Source of the DNA: Macrostomum lignano
Taxonomy: Eukaryota
Direction: 5' to 3'
Assembly (NCBI GenBank): GCA_002269645.1
Contig: NIVC01001921.1
Coordinates: 157,433-221,432, forward strand
DNA: 64,000 nucleotides
Translations under genes and position numbers: made by a program
The notes under the pieces: model-generated
Told to the model about the DNA's origin: nothing
Databases searched by the model: none
What the model saw: the letters and a program-made list of their open reading frames with translations, nothing else
In this document: piece after piece, positions 59,146 to 64,000 of the stretch
Position numbering within the stretch: the stretch's first letter is position 1
Layout: each line of letters begins with the position of its first letter

Positions 59146-60438
59146 CTGCAGCACCAGGTGATCCTCGGGCTCGTGCACCGAGACAGTGTAGTTGGCCTCA
59201 GCAAAGGGAACAGAAATCTGGGCGGGCAGTCATTTCTGTCCAGTATCTGGACGGTGACGCTGGCCGTGATGTCAGACTGGGGTTGCCGTGGTCCCTGGCG
59301 AACAGCGGAAACACGAAGCTCGACCGCTGCTCTCGGTCGAAGCGCCGCTGGGTGACGATGGCGCCAGACTCGTGCACCAGGAAGGCGCCCGGCTCTCCGC
59401 CGAAGAAAGTCACCGGCCGCCGTCGCGCTGTCCGGATCGGCGCACCGGACAGGCCCAAGTTCGAGTCCGGGCGGCTCGTTCTCCTCCAACGAGAAGTCCA
59501 GCCGGCTCGGCAGCTGTGGCGCAACGTCGTTGACGTCGAGAATCTCCACGTTGACGGTGGCCGTGGCGGCCAGGGACACGCGGGCGACCGCAGTCCTCGG
59601 CCAGGATGCGCAGAGTGACGGAGGCGCGGCTCTCGCGGTCCAGCCGGCCAGCTACCCGGACGGCCTCCGGTGACGCATCCACGCGCGAACAGCCGGTCCT
59701 CGGCGTCGGACAGGAGCGGCAGCAGCCGGTAGACGACCCGCCCGTTTCTCCCCAGCGTCCGCGTCCGTCGCCGTCACATTGGCGACAATGCGGCCGCGCG
59801 GGACTGTCCTCCGGCGTCGAGACGAACAGCTCGTGGGCGACCAGCACCGGCGGGTTGTCGTTGTCGTCCTCTACGGAGACGAGCAGCGGCAGGCGGGTCG
59901 CCAGGCCGCCACCATCGGTGCAGACGACCACCAAGGGGTGGACAGCGCTGAGCTCGCGGTCGAGCCTGGCCAGAGTGAGGATCTGGTAGATGCCCAGCTG
60001 CTGGTCGAACTCGTGCACCTCAAACAGGTGCGACGGCTGCCGGTGCGCCGGGTTAAGTCCACAGCGGACGGTGCCATTGGCTCCGAGGTCCGGATCCTTG
60101 GCCGTGAAGGAAGCCACCACGGTGTGCGGCGGCCGGTTCTCTGCGACGCCCACGGGCCCGCCGGAGCCGGTCAGCTGCACGCTGGGCGCGTTGTCGTTAA
60201 CGTCCAGCACGAGGAGTCGCAGCGAAGCGACACCGGTTTTTGGCGGCCGGCCGCCGTCAACGGCGCGGAGTTGTGCACGCAGCTCCGGCGTCGATTCTCG
60301 GTCGAGAGGCCGCTCCAGCCGCAGTCGGCCGCTGTCAGAGTCGACGCTAATCAGGCGGCGAACTGCGGCCAGCGTGTCCGGCGCGAGCTGGTAGCTCACG
60401 CGGCCGTTTGCTCCATCGTCAGCGTCGTGGGCTCGAAC
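59146..60438 (-). CDS. Protocadherin exon 2 (EC3-EC6 and start of EC7), disrupted by multiple 1-nt indels
   Basis: Cadherin motifs AHDADDGANGRVSY, LDRE, DVNDNAP, AKDPDLGANG, DDNDNPP, ATDADAG, DVNDVAP, FDRE and DRNDCPP, spread over three frames between 59800 and 59200. Acceptor TTCACAAG and donor GTGAGT. Confidence 0.88.
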
Positions 60439-60504
60439 CTTGTGAACGGCGATGAGTGATGTGTTGACACTTGATTCTTAAATGACCATTGAGATCATGA
60501 GAGA

Positions 60505-60870
60505 AACCCCTTGTGGTCTGTGGGCTGCCCCAACCCCCTCTTATCTGTGGACTGTTTCAACCCCCTTCTTATCTGTGGACTGTTTCAACCCCCTTCTTAT
60601 CTGTGGACTGTTTCAACCCCCTTCTTATCTGTGGACTGTTTCAACCCTATTCTTATCTGTAGACTGTTTCAACCCCTTTCTTATCTGTGGACTGTTTCAA
60701 CCCCCTTCTTATCTGTAGACTTTTTCAACCCCCTTCTTATCTGTGGGCTGCCCCAACCCTCTTTTTATCTGTGGGCTGCCCCAACCCCCTTCTTATCTGT
60801 GGGATGCCCTAACCCCCCTTATCTGTGGGCTGCCAAAAACCCCTTCTTATCTGTGGACTGCCCCAGCGCC
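60505..60870. repeat. 28-bp minisatellite CCCTTCTTATCTGTGGACTGTTTCAACC
   Basis: About 13 copies in protocadherin intron 1. Confidence 0.95.
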
Positions 60871-61278
60871 TCTTATAATAAGATAATGTATCAATAAGAT
60901 TGTTTACTATCAATTAATTTTACCGCCAATCAGGTTTGTTGGCCAGACTGCCAATCAGCCTTTGTTGAAGTCACTTTCTTAGAAGTGAGCAAAGGAAATT
61001 AAGAGCAAAGTAGAGAGGGAAAAAGCTAACAAAGGCGAATTAATGAGTTACAACTTTTGTATTAAGGCAATTATGGATATAAGAGTATAAACTTAGATAT
61101 TACAAGCGTAGCTCATTATCAAAATATACTTGCAACAAACATGGGCTCAATCAGATCCAGGTGTTAGCTCTCTCCTGTGTCAACCCACTCGAGTGACCCC
61201 AGGACGATGCCAACAGGACATCCCAACTATGCCAACCCACCATCCGAAGCAGACTCAGACTCAGCAGCAAATACCCAC

Positions 61279-62103
61279 CTGCATGAGGTTGGCGGCTGGC
61301 GAGTTCTCGGCCACCGCCATCTCGTAGGTGTGCCTCTCAAACTCCGGAAAGCAGTCGTTGGCGTCCAGCACCGCCACATTCAGCTGCAGGTGTCCAAACC
61401 GTCGAGGCGCGTCGCCGAAGTCCGTAGCCGCCACAGTCAGGTTGTACTTTGCCAGGCGTTCTCGGTCTAGCGGCGCCGTTAACTTTAAGTACACCTGCGT
61501 TGCCGAGTCAAACTCGACGCTGAATTCTGTTGGCGACGTTTCCACCAGCGAGTAGGCGAGGCGGGCGTTCCGGCCGCTGTCGGCGTCCGTGGCGTGCGGA
61601 ATCGCCCGCCTGGTGCCCGGCGGATCGGCCTCGCTGAACTGCAGTCGGTGTCGCGGTGGCTCGAACACCGGCGAGTGATCGTTTACGTCCAGGACGCTGA
61701 TCCGAACGCTGAACACCAACATGGGCTCCTCGAGCGGTTTCAGGATGCAGCTCAGCATCAGTTGGCAGTCAGCCGTGTCCGAGTCCGGACAGACGGCCTC
61801 CCGGTCGAGCCGGCGTACCAGCGTCAGGTCGTAGCGAATCGCAGCGCCGTTGCCATGTCCGCCTATCGATTTTTTCACCCGAAAGTGCTGCCGGAAGTCG
61901 GGCCGGTGCAGAAGAAATTCCACAGAACGGCGAGTCAGAGCCGCCTGGCTGAGCTGGTCGCCCAGCCGCAGGTCGGCCACAAGGTCTCCAATAATTAGCG
62001 GCCCGTCCGTCTCCTCGGCAACTGAATAGCTCACGTTGTACCGGGCTTGTATCGCCGGCCATGGCAGCAAAGCAAGCAGCAAAAGCAACGGAGACGCCGG
62101 CAT
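61279..62103 (-). CDS. Protocadherin exon 1 (signal peptide, EC1, EC2, start of EC3)
   Basis: Signal peptide MPASPLLLLLALLPWPAIQA, then YSVAEE, LDREAVCPDSDTADC (protocadherin EC1 cysteine pair), DVNDHSPVF, ATDADSGRN, LDRE and DANDCFPEF. Donor GTGGGT. In-frame upstream ATGs (e.g. 62151) are possible alternative starts. Confidence 0.93.
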
Positions 62104-62254
62104 CGCGTCGTTGTTCTGCTTCTGGGCACTCGGTCGGCGCTGTGTGAGCATTTTTGTTTTAATGAACTGTAATTTCCTGTGGAAGCTTATGTTCAACATT
62201 TATATACAGTAACAAGTGGTGCCATGGGAAAGACAGAGCCTAACTTTGTTGCGT

Positions 62255-62480
62255 GGGTGGGTGTTATTTGAAGAGTCCGCGGCGTGGGTGTGGGTGTTAT
62301 TTGAAGCGTCCGCGGCGTGGGGTGGGTGTTATTTGAAGCGTCCGCGGCGTGGGTGGGTGTTATTTAAAGCGTCCGTGGCGTGGGGTGGGTGTTATTTGAA
62401 GCATCCACGGCGTGGGTTGGGTGTTATTTAAAGCGTCCGCGGCGTGGTTTGGGTGTTATTTGAAATCTTCGCGGATTGGG
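62255..62480. repeat. 32/33-bp repeat GCGTCCGCGGCGTGGGGTGGGTGTTATTTGAA x~7
   Basis: Located ~150 bp upstream of the protocadherin ATG. Confidence 0.92.
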
Positions 62481-64000
62481 GTGGTTGGTTGGGCATTTGG
62501 GTTGGGAATGAAGCAATAAAAGTGCTTCGCTTAAGGTCTCGACTCTGTGCCAAGCAAAATAAGAAGGCTGAAGCCCTGCTACAACCGCAAGCTGAGCTGT
62601 TTCCCCCAAAGCGAAAGGCAAACGAACGACCGCCTGTCCATCGGCTCCGATTGATGCGCTTGGTCTGACTGATTTGGTCATGCGATATCCTTTAAGACAA
62701 AATGGGCTCTTTTTTCTACGCCGAACACGGGCAAATAATAAACGTATCGTTTTGGAGTCCCTCGCTGCAAATGAAGCAGAACGACAACAAAAACGGCGAA
62801 GTTGAACAGCCTCCAAGCTAGCGCTACGCTGTCTTTCCGTGTACCGCTTCCGCGGAGCTGATCATTCAGATGCTTCTGTCACGGAATTTGCCGAGTGGCA
62901 ACAGGTCTCTCAAGCACCCCTGCAACCCCCAGCCCTCGCCCGCCGCCCAGCTCAGCTTCCTAGCGACGAGAAGCCGCGGCCCAAGGAGGAAACCAAATAC
63001 TGTTTGGCAGAGCGCGGGCTCTCCTTTGTCGCCAAGCCTAATTTTGTCTGACTTCTCTGCGTACCTGAGGGAGAACCGGGGGCCACGCCCGGGTGCTGTT
63101 TGAGGCGCGGGGTTTGCAGGTGGAGATGAGGGGGGCGGGATAAAGCAAAATGGGCCAATTTGTCAAATAGTTCCCCGTTCTGTGCCCATGCTGAGAAGCT
63201 CTGAACCGACTACTTAAATTCTGATGTCGACTTCCCTCTCGCAATTTCCCAGTGCGTTAGATCGGGTAAATTCTGAGTAAGAGGGTGTCTGCTGGCAAGA
63301 ATAAAAACACGGCCACTTGAGCAGAGCAAGCAGCTACCTCTGAGCTGGAGTGGCAGAGTGACAACTCTCAGGCATCAGCAGAGGCTTAAAGCACCTTAGC
63401 CTGGAGTGAGCGGATCCGTGTTTACGCAGCCCCAGACTCCTTGACGGAAGCGGCTGGTCCGTACCCTGCCAGAGAGCAAAAAACTGAGCGACTTCAGAGA
63501 TGGAGCAGAACTTCTCTAGGCACTTTTTCTCCGCAGCATCAAAAAAAGTGTCAGAAGTTGCCTGCCTTGGGCATATCAGAGAGGCGGCCAACTGTTAACA
63601 ATGCAATTTAGCTCTACAAAAAGGTCAGGAACAGCAGATTCTGCTCATGCAGTTTTGGCCAGCTGGCTGGGAAACTGGCTCTGCCGCAGGAAAGGTGCTG
63701 CTGCCTTGTTAATTCTCATTCTCCAACAACTCCTCATCAGGGAAATCTGAGCTCATCATTTGTGGGATGCAAAGAAATGCTTTTTGGCTCCAGCTGAAAG
63801 GAGATGAAATCCCCAGAAATGAAGTTGCTTTGAAGTTGCTGCATCGAGAGGCGGCATGGTGGGAGTTGAGACCCCTGCTGTCCCCAGCTCACCCTATCAA
63901 GTGTTTGGAGCTTATCCTAACAAAACTTTACCACCAGCCAGTCCGACCCTCCGCTCTCCGGTGGGGCAAAAATCAATAATTATTATCAGGCCAATTAAGC

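Noticed and set aside
62520-64000. Short ORFs and an exon-like segment (FFDAAEKKCLEKFCSISEVAQFFALWQ) upstream of the protocadherin
   Set aside because: No recognisable domain and no consistent splice chain within the window.

Overview
Eukaryotic genomic DNA with GT-AG introns; no prokaryotic operons, rRNA or CRISPR. The GC-rich, Gln/Ala-rich exons and minisatellite-filled introns resemble the flatworm Macrostomum lignano. That is an inference from sequence style, not a database match. Four genes are recognisable: (1) the 3' end of a SAR1 GTPase (+, 1-487); (2) a three-exon TTLL10-like tubulin glycylase (-, 8197-11144), with a canonical RFX X-box cluster about 1.3-1.5 kb upstream; (3) a three-exon MEPCE/Bin3 RNA cap methyltransferase (+, 43780-46411); (4) a 7-cadherin-repeat protocadherin (-, 62103 to at least 57935, probable last exon 50920-51184), broken by many 1-nt frameshifts. 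There are also two uncharacterised multi-exon + strand genes (16933-18099 and 21937-29427) and decayed gene fragments at 3.4-6.4 kb. About 36 different tandem arrays (units 2-80 bp, mostly 14-28 bp) cover roughly 21 kb, about one third of the window by my hand tally. They produce most of the long ORFs in the track, which are artefacts. The least explained structure is a ~5.8-kb AT-rich, almost CpG-free block (~37430-43240) built of fold-back elements and lacking the host-type minisatellites. Exon coordinates and repeat boundaries were derived by eye, and repeat edges are approximate.
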